From Escherichia phage GEP001, in sequence record PV173775: a stretch of 64,000 bases of DNA, one strand, 5' to 3'. The position numbers and the translations under genes are program-made. Numbering within the stretch: the stretch's first letter is position 1; each line of letters opens with the position of its first letter. Under the pieces are notes generated by a model, which made no database searches, was not told where the DNA came from, and saw only the letters and a list, made by a program, of their open reading frames with translations. Shown here in pieces: positions 41,058-51,883 of the stretch.

Positions 41058-43151
41058 ATGGAACTCATTACAGAATTATTTGACGAAGATACTACTCTTC
41101 CGATTACAAACTTAAATCCAAAGAAGAAAATACCGCAAATTTTTTCAGTTCATGTTGATGACGCAATTGAACAACCAGGCTTTCGTTTATGTACCTATAC
41201 ATCTGGAGGTGATACTAACCGTGATTTAAAGATGGGCGATAAAATGATGCATATTGTTCCTTTTACATTAACTGCTAAAGGTTCAATTGCTAAATTAAAA
41301 GGTCTCGGTCCAAGCCCAATTAATTACATCAATTCAGTTTTTACTGTTGCAATGCAGACGATGCGCCAGTATAAAATTGATGCCTGTATGCTTCGTATTC
41401 TTAAGTCTAAAACTGCTGGTCAAGCTCGACAAATTCAAGTTATTGCTGATAGACTTATCCGTAGTCGTTCAGGCGGCAGATACGTCCTTCTTAAGGAACT
41501 CTGGGATTACGATAAAAAGTATGCATATATTCTTATACATCGCAAAAATGTATCACTAGAAGACATTCCAGGAGTTCCAGAAATTAGTACCGAGCTCTTT
41601 ACTAAAGTTGAATCGAAGGTCGGCGATGTTTATATCAATAAAGATACTGGAGCTCAAGTAACTAAAAATGAGGCAATTGCAGCATCTATTGCGCAAGAAA
41701 ATGATAAACGTTCTGACCAAGCTGTAATCGTTAAAGTTAAAATTTCCCGTAGAGCAATTGCACAAAGTCAGTCATTGGAATCTTCTAGATTTGAAAGTGA
41801 ATTATTCCAGAAATATGAATCTACCGCAGCTAATTTCAATAAACCTGCTACAGCTCCTTTAATTCCCGAAGCAGAAGAAATGAAGCTTGGAATTAATTCA
41901 TTAGCTTCTAAAACTAAGGCAGCAAAAATTATTGCCGAAGGAACCGCAGATGAACTTCACTATGACTATAAATTCTTTTCAAAAAGTGATGTTAATGAAG
42001 TTTCTGAAAAAATTAAAGATGTAATTCTTAATGCGATTAAAAATGAACCAACTACTTCAATAAAATGTTTAGAGAAGTATGCAGCAGCTATTAATAAATT
42101 CTTTGAAGAATATAAAGATACTTGGCTTGATAAACATAATAAAACTCGTAAAGGGCAGCCAGATGAAGTCTGGGAAGAAATAACTAAAAATTCCTGGAAC
42201 GCAGCAAAAACTAAATTCCTCAAACGAATGATTTATAGCTTTTCTGGAATTGGTGCAGGTCCAATGATTGATATTACTATTGCCCGTGATGGTTCTAAAT
42301 ATACTCCATCACAAAAGCGCGGCATTAGAGAGTATTGTGGTTCAGGATATACTGACATCAATAATCTTCTTTTGGGTCGTTACAATCCAGAACGATATGA
42401 TGTAATGAGTGAAAAAGAAATTGAATCTGCGATAAATAATTTAGATTCAGCTTTTGAAAATGGTGACCGTATACCAGAAGGCATTACAGTTTATCGTGCT
42501 CAAAGTATGACTGCTCCTATATACGAAGCGCTAGTTAAAAATAAAGTGTTCTATTTCAGAAATTTTGTATCTACTTCTTTAACTCCTATCATTTTTGGAC
42601 GTTTTGGAATTACACATGCTGGTATCGGTCTTTTAGAACCAGAAGCTCGTAATGAATTAACAGTTGATAAAAATGAAGAAGGAATAACTATTAATCCAAA
42701 CGAAATAAGAGCGTATAAAGAAAATCCTGAATACGTTAAAGTTCAAATAGGATGGGCAATTGATGGAGCTCATAAAGTTAATGTTGTATATCCAGGAAGT
42801 CTCGGAATAGCAACAGAAGCTGAAGTAATTCTACCACGCGGATTGATGGTCAAAGTTAATAAAATAACTGATGCTTCTAATAATGACGGAACAACATCTA
42901 ATAATACAAAACTCATTCAAGCTGAAGTTATGACTACGGAAGAACTCACCGAATCAGTCATTTATGACGGTGACCGTCTAATGGAAACCGGCGAAGTAGT
43001 TGCAATGACAGGTGATATTGAAATAGAAGACAGAGTTGACTTTGCATCATTTGTTTCATCAAATGTTAAACAGAAAGCAGAATCATCTCTCGGAATTATT
43101 GCGTCTTGCATAGATATTACAAACATGCCTTACAAGTTCGTTCAAGGATAA
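41058..43151 (+). CDS. alt: capsid-packaged ADP-ribosyltransferase Alt (697 aa)
   Basis: N-terminus MELITELFDEDTTLPITNL and body match recalled T4 Alt; R/STS/EAE-type motifs (YRAQ, FVSTSL, EAEVIL); late promoter upstream. Confidence 0.9.
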   Translation: MELITELFDEDTTLPITNLNPKKKIPQIFSVHVDDAIEQPGFRLCTYTSGGDTNRDLKMGDKMMHIVPFTLTAKGSIAKLKGLGPSPINYINSVFTVAMQTMRQYKIDACMLRILKSKTAGQARQIQVIADRLIRSRSGGRYVLLKELWDYDKKYAYILIHRKNVSLEDIPGVPEISTELFTKVESKVGDVYINKDTGAQVTKNEAIAASIAQENDKRSDQAVIVKVKISRRAIAQSQSLESSRFESELFQKYESTAANFNKPATAPLIPEAEEMKLGINSLASKTKAAKIIAEGTADELHYDYKFFSKSDVNEVSEKIKDVILNAIKNEPTTSIKCLEKYAAAINKFFEEYKDTWLDKHNKTRKGQPDEVWEEITKNSWNAAKTKFLKRMIYSFSGIGAGPMIDITIARDGSKYTPSQKRGIREYCGSGYTDINNLLLGRYNPERYDVMSEKEIESAINNLDSAFENGDRIPEGITVYRAQSMTAPIYEALVKNKVFYFRNFVSTSLTPIIFGRFGITHAGIGLLEPEARNELTVDKNEEGITINPNEIRAYKENPEYVKVQIGWAIDGAHKVNVVYPGSLGIATEAEVILPRGLMVKVNKITDASNNDGTTSNNTKLIQAEVMTTEELTESVIYDGDRLMETGEVVAMTGDIEIEDRVDFASFVSSNVKQKAESSLGIIASCIDITNMPYKFVQG

Positions 43152-43154
43152 ATC

Positions 43155-45212
43155 ATGGAACTTATTACAGAATTATTTGACGGCGCTTCGGCGCCGGTTG
43201 TTAACTTAAATCCTAAGCATAAAATACCTCAAATTTTTGCTATTCAAGCCGGTGAAGAAAGCGTGCTTCCTGGATTTAGATTTTGTACATACACCTCTGG
43301 CGGTGATACAAATAAAAACGTTAAGCCAGGCGATAAAATGATGCATATCGTAATGATAGGTGTTAATGAGAAACTATCATTAGTTAAACTTAAAAACTTA
43401 GGTGGAAATCCAATTGGTGTCATTAATGCGGTTTTTGATACTGCTCTTCAGACAATGAAACAGTACAAAATTGACGCATGCTTATTCCGCGTACTAAAGA
43501 GTAAAACAAATGGCGCAGCTCGACAAATTCAAGTTATTGCTGACCGTTTAGTACGTACTAAAGGAGCAGGTCGATATGTTCTTTTAAAAGAAATCTGGGA
43601 TTACGATAAAAAGTACGCATATATTATGGTTTACCGTAAAAATGCTAATTTAGAAGACATTCCAGGTGTACCTCCTATTTCAACTGAGTTATTCACAAAA
43701 GTTGAATCAAAGGTTGGTGATGTTTATGTAGATGTTAAAACAGGTAATGCTGTTCCTAAAGCTGTTGCTGTTGCTGCTTCTATTGCTTTAGAAAATGATA
43801 AGCGCACGGATCAAGCTGTTATTCAGAAAACTAAAATTAGTCGTCGATTAGCAGCACAAGCTCAATACTCTACTGTCGATGCTTCACTTCAGGGTGATAG
43901 CTTCGCTGCTAAGAAATATCAAGAGTTTGAATCTAAAGTTCCGGTATATAAAGCAGAAGGACCAATGAACTCCGGCGTTATTCAGGTTGGTTCAAACTTC
44001 AGCAAAGGAGCTATCGGTGGTATGAGAAGTGCTTCTCGTTTTAAATCTAATGATTATGAACTAGAAAGCTTCCGAAATCATATTGCATTGGCTCATGCAC
44101 GTTTACGTGATCCATCTATCAAGTTACAGAGCGATATAACATATCAAGGTTCTCAAGAATATTTAAAGAATAAAGAATTTTTTGATTATAAAACTGATAA
44201 AATTTTAAGCGATCTTGCTGACATTAATATTTCTAATAGCTTTGATGTTATTAAGAAAATTGTCAATGATTTAGTTAAAGGTTCTAAAGCCACACCAGAT
44301 GAAAAGGTAGCTATTGTTCAATTTGTCATGAATGGCATTTATAAATTGATTAATGAGTCTGCTTCTCAAGCGTATGAATATGCAAGTACTGAAGTACCCC
44401 CAAAAGGATTAACTCAAGCTGAGTCTGATGTAATTGAAGATTATTGCGCAGATTCATATGTTGAAATGAACTCGTTCCTTTTAGGTAAACCAGATTCTAC
44501 TCGTGAAGAATATATGGAACGAGCTATTAAACACATCGAGACAATGGATTCTGCTTTTGCCAAAGGATCAGTTCTTCCTCCAGGAACTACGCTTTACCGT
44601 GGCCAAGAAGTTACCTTTAAAACTTTACGTCATAATATTGAAAATAAAATGTTCTATTTTAAGAACTTCGTATCCACATCGCTTAAACCAAATATCTTCG
44701 GTGAGTATGGTAAAAACTATATGGCCCTAGATGATTCCGGCACAGTATTTTCTGGTGAAGGAGAAGGTTCAGTTGATGCTGAAGATTTGATGCATATGGG
44801 CAGTCATTCTGCGTATGCCAATGAAGATGCTGAAACTAGCGTTGGTATGGTAATTAAAGGAGCTGAGCGAATCAAAGTTATCGTTCCAGGTCATTTATCA
44901 GGATTTCCATCAGAAGCTGAAGTTATTTTACCGCGTGGAATTTTGCTGAAGATTAATAAAGTGAGTACGTACATGATGAAAGAAACTGCTTATAACAAGT
45001 ATCTAATCGAAGGCACAATCGTTCCTCCTTCTGAACAATTAGAAGAATCGGTATATGATGGTGACCATCTGATGGAAACTGGTGAAGTTCGTCCAATGAC
45101 TGGATTTAACCAATTCCTTGTAGAAGAATCAAAAGAAGAGGAAAACGAAGTTTCTCAAATCTTGGCTTCTTTGGTTAACATCAACGGAATGTCTAAAAAG
45201 TTCAAGATGTAG
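43155..45212 (+). CDS. second Alt-like ADP-ribosyltransferase paralogue (685 aa) with divergent central region
   Basis: Shares Alt N-terminal region and C-terminal catalytic motifs (YRGQ, FVSTSL, EAEVIL) but central ~250 aa differ. Confidence 0.8.
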   Translation: MELITELFDGASAPVVNLNPKHKIPQIFAIQAGEESVLPGFRFCTYTSGGDTNKNVKPGDKMMHIVMIGVNEKLSLVKLKNLGGNPIGVINAVFDTALQTMKQYKIDACLFRVLKSKTNGAARQIQVIADRLVRTKGAGRYVLLKEIWDYDKKYAYIMVYRKNANLEDIPGVPPISTELFTKVESKVGDVYVDVKTGNAVPKAVAVAASIALENDKRTDQAVIQKTKISRRLAAQAQYSTVDASLQGDSFAAKKYQEFESKVPVYKAEGPMNSGVIQVGSNFSKGAIGGMRSASRFKSNDYELESFRNHIALAHARLRDPSIKLQSDITYQGSQEYLKNKEFFDYKTDKILSDLADINISNSFDVIKKIVNDLVKGSKATPDEKVAIVQFVMNGIYKLINESASQAYEYASTEVPPKGLTQAESDVIEDYCADSYVEMNSFLLGKPDSTREEYMERAIKHIETMDSAFAKGSVLPPGTTLYRGQEVTFKTLRHNIENKMFYFKNFVSTSLKPNIFGEYGKNYMALDDSGTVFSGEGEGSVDAEDLMHMGSHSAYANEDAETSVGMVIKGAERIKVIVPGHLSGFPSEAEVILPRGILLKINKVSTYMMKETAYNKYLIEGTIVPPSEQLEESVYDGDHLMETGEVRPMTGFNQFLVEESKEEENEVSQILASLVNINGMSKKFKM

Positions 45213-45265
45213 TTTACAAGTCCCTCGTGTTGTGTTATAGTAATTTTACTTACATAACATGAGGA
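45212..45265 (+). promoter_or_regulatory. early promoter cassette (copy of 29538-29591)
   Basis: 31 nt identical to 29538-29568 plus similar leader and GAGGA site. Confidence 0.6.
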
Positions 45266-45272
45266 ACACAAA

Positions 45273-45563
45273 ATGAAATCTTCTTTGCGCTTTTTAGGTC
45301 AAGAACTTGTAGTTGAAGGCGTTATTCCTGCTGATAATGCTTTTAATGAAGCAGTTTATGATGAATTTATCAAAATTTTTGGAACAGATAAAAAGTTTGG
45401 AATTTTTCCTTCTGAAAATTTTTCAAAGCCACAGCAGACTGAAAGCATTTTCCAAGGTGTAGTAACAGGTAAATTTGAGTCAGAAGCTCCGGTAAAAATT
45501 GAAGTTTATATTGAAGACAGTTTAGTTGCTTCAGTTGCTGCTTTTATTTCATTCCGTAAATAA
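45273..45563 (+). CDS. hypothetical protein, 96 aa
   Basis: ORF after early promoter cassette 45212-45265; terminator hairpin downstream. Confidence 0.7.
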   Translation: MKSSLRFLGQELVVEGVIPADNAFNEAVYDEFIKIFGTDKKFGIFPSENFSKPQQTESIFQGVVTGKFESEAPVKIEVYIEDSLVASVAAFISFRK

Positions 45564-45569
45564 AAATAT

Positions 45570-45597
45570 GGGGACCGAAAGGTCCCCATTGTTTTAT
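45570..45597. terminator. bidirectional terminator hairpin between convergent ORF 45273-45563 and gene 54
   Basis: ggggacc-gaaa-ggtcccc flanked by A-run and T-run. Confidence 0.65.
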
Positions 45598-46559
45598 ATT
45601 GCTCCTAATATTTTACTTTGCGAGTTGACAATTCCCGTCATAGTATTAATGTTTGAAATGCTTCCAGCAGTTCCTCCTAATCTACTAAGTCGTGAAAGCG
45701 AATTAGATAGTCCAGTAACGCCTCCGCTATTTCCGAGAACGCTTTGAATGCCATTTATAGCAGCAGATTCAAGCCACTCAAGCGCAGCTTGTCTATCAAC
45801 TGCTCCAGCCTGCATAACTCTATACGCAAAAGTAACATCAAATGTAGTTATTTGGTTATCTCCATCATATGATAACTCAGGAGCGCTCACTGACACTGGA
45901 ATGCATCCGGTGAACATCACTGCAGTATGAGGTAATCCATTACGAGCATGAAGATTAACTTGAATATCTGCCTCGACATCTTGTGGTAAAGCACGCAGTC
46001 CAGTTACTGGGTCTTGAACAGAGTTAACCCAGTCTTGCATTGCACGATAGTTACATGCTTCTGAATCCATTCTAAATGAAATAACCAAAGGGTCTAATTC
46101 TCTCCCAGTTATACGAATATTAGGAGAATTATAGTTCCAGTCAGTTTCATAGGATAATCTATTCTCTGGCATTTTTACAGAATATATCATCAATCCAGAT
46201 GAGTTATATGCCATGTTAAAGAAGTCAATTAAATATGTACCAACTGTAAATGAGCCCAATAAACTTTGAACTGTACGTTGACTCATGGCACCAATAAGAT
46301 ATTTACTAACCCCTGATTTTCTTATCAGTTTTTGTGTGCCAGCTGTAATTAGCGTGGTAATTCCCTGATTAATATCGCCTTGAGTCAATCCTAACCAATC
46401 TGAATTTAGACCCAAGTTATTATAAGAAAAGTTGCTAATTGAACTTATCAACGAAGAGCTTTTAGTTGATGGAGTTGTCGCAAAAACGCAGCTAAACATA
46501 TTATTACGTTGGAAATCTGCGTTTATTGCTTGATTATTAAATTCCTCTAAAGAATACAT
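45594..46559 (-). CDS. 54: baseplate tail-tube initiator gp54 (321 aa)
   Basis: Size and position in baseplate hub cluster. Confidence 0.9.
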   Translation of the reverse strand: MYSLEEFNNQAINADFQRNNMFSCVFATTPSTKSSSLISSISNFSYNNLGLNSDWLGLTQGDINQGITTLITAGTQKLIRKSGVSKYLIGAMSQRTVQSLLGSFTVGTYLIDFFNMAYNSSGLMIYSVKMPENRLSYETDWNYNSPNIRITGRELDPLVISFRMDSEACNYRAMQDWVNSVQDPVTGLRALPQDVEADIQVNLHARNGLPHTAVMFTGCIPVSVSAPELSYDGDNQITTFDVTFAYRVMQAGAVDRQAALEWLESAAINGIQSVLGNSGGVTGLSNSLSRLSRLGGTAGSISNINTMTGIVNSQSKILGAI

Positions 46560-47653
46560 TAAAAAGTCCCCGCATATAAAGAAGCACGGTTTAACGTGAT
46601 AATTTCTCTCATAGTAATCTCAAGAGTAAATGTACTAGGGAGGTTTGGAGCAATAGCTAATCCGTTAAAGTTACCATTAGGTGTTTTATCAAATCTGATG
46701 CTCTGTATTTGGCATGGGCCAAATATTTCCGTTTTTCCATCAAACTTAGATGTTGCACCAAAGTTTTTCACCATCCAAATTGTCGGGTTTGAAACTACTA
46801 GAACGTTAGTTAAACTCGATGTCATTTTCTCAAATAGTGTTTTATTTTTAGCTGCGTCTTCCGGAGATAAAGGTTCAATTAACGTAGAACGATACCAATC
46901 ATCTAAATACCCCTTTATTTCAGCAGCATATTGAGATTTGCCAGTTTCACCATAAGAAAAATAGTTAAAATATTGATAGATATTAATAATAGCCATCAAA
47001 TCTTCTGTTGAACGTGGAGTCAAATCCCATGTAAACACTTTAGTTCTATTCTCAGCACCACCATACATACTTCTGGCTGTCGTATAAATCTGTTCATTAT
47101 TATCAGCCATTATACCTTGTGTTATACTTTCCAGTGCCCCAAATACTGCAGTTGAAGCAATATTACTTAGCACACCAGTAGCAGTACCTCCGCCTCTGCT
47201 GATAAGACTTTCTTGAACATCATTAAATCTATGTGATGATGTATCAACATCAGATTTAGATCTCGGTAAAAGAATGTTTGCGACAGGGGCTTTACTTATT
47301 GTTCCTGAATTATTATCTGATATTAATCCATTTGACAGTTTTGATACTGTATTACTGATAGTGTTTCTGGCTGTACGTAAAATACTCGAAGATGAAGAAG
47401 AGTAGTTAGATCTCATCGATCTAAGACTTCCAGAATCCCTAGATGACATATTGTATGCAGTAAATAATAATCCATTCTTATATAGATCTGTTACCTGGAA
47501 GTCCCCTGTAGTGTCATTACCACTAGCACGCCCAGTTGGAAACTGGGCAGTGTATGTTTTAGTTGCTACTTCTGATTTAGTACTCTGTCCGGCTGAAATT
47601 TTCTCACCGGACTTTTTAATTAAATCAGCAGTTATTTCTTTAACAATTGCCAT
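46559..47653 (-). CDS. 48: baseplate tail-tube cap gp48 (364 aa)
   Basis: Size identical to T4 gp48; position. Confidence 0.9.
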   Translation of the reverse strand: MAIVKEITADLIKKSGEKISAGQSTKSEVATKTYTAQFPTGRASGNDTTGDFQVTDLYKNGLLFTAYNMSSRDSGSLRSMRSNYSSSSSSILRTARNTISNTVSKLSNGLISDNNSGTISKAPVANILLPRSKSDVDTSSHRFNDVQESLISRGGGTATGVLSNIASTAVFGALESITQGIMADNNEQIYTTARSMYGGAENRTKVFTWDLTPRSTEDLMAIINIYQYFNYFSYGETGKSQYAAEIKGYLDDWYRSTLIEPLSPEDAAKNKTLFEKMTSSLTNVLVVSNPTIWMVKNFGATSKFDGKTEIFGPCQIQSIRFDKTPNGNFNGLAIAPNLPSTFTLEITMREIITLNRASLYAGTF

Positions 47654-47661
47654 ATTATTCC

Positions 47662-49434
47662 TTAATTAACTCCTGTCGCGTCAAATACACCGGGAGCAGT
47701 TGTACTCGTAACAGGTGTCATATTATGAACGACAGTATTTTTCTTAATAACATTATTAGTATTATTGATCGAAGGAGATGCTTGTTGAACAGGAGCTTGT
47801 TGTGCTTTGTTCTTTTCTATTACCTGGACTTGTTTTGCTTCTGGCGATTTAGCAGAAGTTTCAGGTTTGGCATTAGGCTGATTTTTCTTGAGCTCTTGAT
47901 AAGTAGCATCAATTTTAGAAAATCTAGCAGCAAGTTCTTTTTTAACTGCCGGTGAATTATTTAAATCCGGGTCATCCATCCGTTTTTTAAGGTCTTCATA
48001 GGCAGCTTCAACTGATTTAACTGTTGAGTCTTTACTCATGTCAGCTGAATCAGCATATTTTTCAAAGCGAATCATCGCGGCGCGCGCTTCATTAGCCTTC
48101 ATTAAAGCATTTTTTCTTTCTTCAGGTGAAAGTTGCTTTAATTTTTCTTCTTCTGCTGCACGTTCTTCGTCGGTAGTTAGTGCTTCTTTATTATCAACTC
48201 CACGAATCCAGTTAGATGCACGAGTTTTCCAATTAGCAATTTTATCTAATCCTTTTGCTATCGGACCAAGGTCTCCGTTCATTCGTTTATCTTGATAATT
48301 TGCAACTTTTTCCTGGTCTTCTTTATTGAGAGATGCTCCAGTAGAATTTTGGAAATTTTCTAGTGCTCTTCCTTCTACTTCATCAGCGGTATCCTTCATG
48401 CCAGGAATGACTCGAAGAATTGCAGCAGATAATTTAGCCATTCCAAGCTGAATAAGTTCTCCTAAATTATAAAGAACCTTTCCAAGCCCTTCTACAATAG
48501 CTACCGTCAAACCGCCCCAATCTCCCTCTTCCCAGAATTTTTTAATTTCATCAATAGAACTAAAGATGCTCTGTAATAAAGGACCCCATGTTCCGGTTTC
48601 GCTAGAGAATTTAGTAAAGTTTGAACTAAACAAATCCCAAGCCTGCGAAAATTTATCTGACCAATATTTAAAGTGAACCATCAGCAGATCTATTCCAACA
48701 ACAACAGCCAATATCATTGCAGTCATTTTAGCGGCTTCAATAGCAGCACTGACGGTGTACTTAAATAACATGCTTGATATTTTATCAGTAATTGAAATGG
48801 ACTTCTTAAATCCAAAATCAACAGTCTTCGTTAATTTATCTAAAGCTTGAGATAATTTTAAGTTAAATGCGTCTTTTTTCTGTTTTTCTTCTGGTGATTC
48901 TTGTTTGGGTTCAACTGGCTGAGGGGTAGGGAAAAAATCAGCATCAGGATCATTATTAACTGCTTCAGGAGCCGGTAATAAAGGACCCACAGATTCAGCT
49001 GTATCATCCTCAACAACTTTAACAGGAATAGCGCTTTCAACCGTGGCTAAACTGGTTCCTGTTTGTTGAATTCCAGCTGTCTGAATTTTTTGCTCTAGTA
49101 AACTTGTTAATTTATCTAATTTGCTCCCGAGTGATTCACCGATTTCTTTATTAATATTGTTGCCAATTTCAACAGTTTCAGCAATTAACTCAGAACCGGC
49201 AGTAGTATCACTCACTGCGTTTTCTACGTTGTCAATTGCTCCAATTATTTCATTCGATTTTTCTTCGACAGTTTGAGCAATTAATTCAGAAGCAGCTTGA
49301 GCATCATCCAATTTCGTAGATATATCGTTAAGTCCAGATAAAGTGTTAGAAGCGGATTTAGCCGCTTCCTGTGTTGGTTTATTATCTGAAATAACTTTTC
49401 TACGCATCGTTTGCATTTCTTGTGGCTTTTTCAT
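47662..49434 (-). CDS. 29: tail length tape-measure / baseplate hub protein gp29 (590 aa)
   Basis: Size identical to T4 gp29; position. Confidence 0.9.
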   Translation of the reverse strand: MKKPQEMQTMRRKVISDNKPTQEAAKSASNTLSGLNDISTKLDDAQAASELIAQTVEEKSNEIIGAIDNVENAVSDTTAGSELIAETVEIGNNINKEIGESLGSKLDKLTSLLEQKIQTAGIQQTGTSLATVESAIPVKVVEDDTAESVGPLLPAPEAVNNDPDADFFPTPQPVEPKQESPEEKQKKDAFNLKLSQALDKLTKTVDFGFKKSISITDKISSMLFKYTVSAAIEAAKMTAMILAVVVGIDLLMVHFKYWSDKFSQAWDLFSSNFTKFSSETGTWGPLLQSIFSSIDEIKKFWEEGDWGGLTVAIVEGLGKVLYNLGELIQLGMAKLSAAILRVIPGMKDTADEVEGRALENFQNSTGASLNKEDQEKVANYQDKRMNGDLGPIAKGLDKIANWKTRASNWIRGVDNKEALTTDEERAAEEEKLKQLSPEERKNALMKANEARAAMIRFEKYADSADMSKDSTVKSVEAAYEDLKKRMDDPDLNNSPAVKKELAARFSKIDATYQELKKNQPNAKPETSAKSPEAKQVQVIEKNKAQQAPVQQASPSINNTNNVIKKNTVVHNMTPVTSTTAPGVFDATGVN

Positions 49435-49964
49435 TCAAATAATCCAATAATATTGCCAATTCCGGTTATTGGACCATTAGGGCCAGGAATTGCTAAAGTT
49501 GTAAAAATATCATTTGCCCATTTTAAAACGAATGCTGGCATCTCAAGAAAATTAATTTCTTTAACTTCATCATTGACCTTAAGCAAGCATTTGGATAACA
49601 TATCGCTCACAGTTAAAAATTGTTCAAATTTTCCAGGCGGTCTAAAATAAAATGTATTTCCTTGGTATTGAAATTCCAATCTTTGGCATACATAAACATC
49701 ATTAATGTCATAAGTATAACCATCTATTTCTTTGCGAGATTTAATCTTTCCATTAAATTCCAATAAATGAATAGAAACGAAATCAACTTCTGCCGGTGAT
49801 AAATTTGGACAAATAGAATCGATCAAAAGTTTTAAATTTTCATCAGGACCTTTAACATCTTTTAAAATGTTATAATGTTTAAGACCCATTTTAGGAATAG
49901 AAACTTCTTTATTGCTTATTGGAAGAACTACTTTCTTCAGTGGTAGTATCAGATTTAAATTCAT
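49431..49964 (-). CDS. 28: baseplate hub distal subunit gp28 (177 aa)
   Basis: Size and position. Confidence 0.85.
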   Translation of the reverse strand: MNLNLILPLKKVVLPISNKEVSIPKMGLKHYNILKDVKGPDENLKLLIDSICPNLSPAEVDFVSIHLLEFNGKIKSRKEIDGYTYDINDVYVCQRLEFQYQGNTFYFRPPGKFEQFLTVSDMLSKCLLKVNDEVKEINFLEMPAFVLKWANDIFTTLAIPGPNGPITGIGNIIGLFE

Positions 49965-51084
49965 TTTTAACCTTAACTGGGTCTATTGTTTCCAGTTTCG
50001 TTGCATTAGTGAACATATATAGATGAGTTACTGAATTATTATTGGATAATTCATGGATGACTTCATCAACGTAAAATTCTGTTTTAAATTGGTTTTTACT
50101 ATCATTAAAAATAATTTTAACGCCAGGTGTCAAGTTAAAATTACCGACAGTAGAACATTTAGCATAGCCATCGTATTGTGCCATAGTTTGAAGACGAATA
50201 GCTTCTTCATATCCATTCCTATAAGTCATTTCAGAATAAGCACCTGACCTTGACACTACAATAGAGTTTTCGCCTTTTCCTGTAGTAATCATTGGCAATG
50301 AAGAATCTAAAAATGAATGCGCGTAGATAGTAGCGTTTTTCATTGGGTCGCGTTTGTGAGGATTCGATTTAGTCAACCAAACGAAATCATACGCTAATGG
50401 ATATTTTAATTCTTGGATGAATTGACCTATTAAAGATGGCTCACCGACAATCATTGGATAGGGTTCTTGATTTATCATCATATCATAGTCCATCATGTTA
50501 ACTCCCATGATGTCTTGCCATACAAATACAAATTTGTCACTTCCTACAGCTAGAGCAACTTCTCTAACATATGACAAATAGTTTTCAAATGTGCTAGTCC
50601 ACGGAATATCAGGAACATAAGCATTTATAGCATTTATTGCTGGAGTTAATAACGTGCGATCCTGATAAATGACACCAAGCATTTCCTTTATAGATTCACC
50701 TGCATCAGAGAAAAACGGTCTGCCAAATTTAAGATTTTCTATAGAATGAATAGTTCCCAATTCAATAGCAATGATGTTATCACCCTTTGAATCTACTGAC
50801 ACGGAAAAATGCTTACATCCATAAATTCTTGTTTTAACATTATTAATATCGTTTGCATTAGCTACAGAAATCTGAATTATTTCATTTCCATCCATTTTTG
50901 TATGGATGTTTTTAGAATCATAAAACTGCAGCATTCCTTCATTTCGGCCATAAAGAGAATCCCGCATAGTTAATGTGGTAATAGTAGCAGCTAATTCAAC
51001 AAATCTATTATTACTCCAAGCGTCGTAGCTATCAAACAATTTAACGCTGAGATTTGGATATCCTGGGCGTTGCAACATACTCAT
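49909..51084 (-). CDS. 27: baseplate hub subunit gp27 (391 aa)
   Basis: Size identical to T4 gp27. Confidence 0.9.
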   Translation of the reverse strand: MSMLQRPGYPNLSVKLFDSYDAWSNNRFVELAATITTLTMRDSLYGRNEGMLQFYDSKNIHTKMDGNEIIQISVANANDINNVKTRIYGCKHFSVSVDSKGDNIIAIELGTIHSIENLKFGRPFFSDAGESIKEMLGVIYQDRTLLTPAINAINAYVPDIPWTSTFENYLSYVREVALAVGSDKFVFVWQDIMGVNMMDYDMMINQEPYPMIVGEPSLIGQFIQELKYPLAYDFVWLTKSNPHKRDPMKNATIYAHSFLDSSLPMITTGKGENSIVVSRSGAYSEMTYRNGYEEAIRLQTMAQYDGYAKCSTVGNFNLTPGVKIIFNDSKNQFKTEFYVDEVIHELSNNNSVTHLYMFTNATKLETIDPVKVKNEFKSDTTTEESSSSNKQ

Positions 51085-51833
51085 TATTGTTTATCCTTCT
51101 CAATCAGTTTTAATACGAATCCGCGCTCGGCAGGAATCATTTTCATTATTGAATTTAAACTATAATTACTTTTTACGAGTGTGTGATTAATTTGATAAAA
51201 AGTAAATATCTCATCTGGGTTAACTAATAGCTTAAACACATCTACTATATCAGTGTATTTTTTTACATACTTATCACAGCATGACATGTGTAGCGTTAAA
51301 TTAATAGGATTCATTGCATCGAGAATTTTTTCTAATGTTTCTATCTCGATGGCGTCAACAAGTTCTATTTGACTTGATTCACTAATTTCCTTCCAATCAT
51401 ACCATGTTTCATCTACTTGAACAGAATGAATATTTTCAGTAATCATCTTTGCTTTATTTTCATAAAACTCAGAAGGAAACTTTAATTTAATTTTAACATT
51501 AGCTACATCAAAAACAGGTTCCTTTAGTTCTTTTTGATATATTTCAAATGGAACTGTCTTTTCTTTTTTACATTTTGGACATACAAATGTGACCGGTACT
51601 TTAGTTTTACCTATTGACCCTACAAATACCTGCAAAAATATAAATGGTTGCCAAGTCTTCGGATAGTCTCCAAAATAATCAGCAATTAAATCAGCAATTA
51701 TTTCTTTTTGTTCTTGTGGTGACCGATGTTCTATATCGTTTCGAACTAACAAAAAATCTCGATAATCTTCTACCGTAAATGGTTTAAAACGATGAACACC
51801 ATCTGGTAATTTACAACGAATAATGTTTGCCAT
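51084..51833 (-). CDS. 51: baseplate hub assembly catalyst gp51 (249 aa)
   Basis: Size identical to T4 gp51; late promoter upstream. Confidence 0.9.
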   Translation of the reverse strand: MANIIRCKLPDGVHRFKPFTVEDYRDFLLVRNDIEHRSPQEQKEIIADLIADYFGDYPKTWQPFIFLQVFVGSIGKTKVPVTFVCPKCKKEKTVPFEIYQKELKEPVFDVANVKIKLKFPSEFYENKAKMITENIHSVQVDETWYDWKEISESSQIELVDAIEIETLEKILDAMNPINLTLHMSCCDKYVKKYTDIVDVFKLLVNPDEIFTFYQINHTLVKSNYSLNSIMKMIPAERGFVLKLIEKDKQ

Positions 51834-51850
51834 AGATGCTCCTTTTATTC

Positions 51851-51862
51851 TATTTATAAATA
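51851..51862. promoter_or_regulatory. overlapping divergent late promoters: TATAAATA on - strand (gene 51) and + strand (gene 26) within TATTTATAAATA
   Basis: Palindromic-like 12-mer in the 51/26 divergent intergenic region. Confidence 0.65.
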
Positions 51863-51883
51863 TGATAAATAAAGGAGCTAAAT

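Noticed and set aside
49909-49964. 56-nt overlap between genes 27 and 28, as a possible frameshift or mis-call
   Set aside because: Both ORFs have the exact T4 lengths (391 and 177 aa), so the overlap is most likely genuine.
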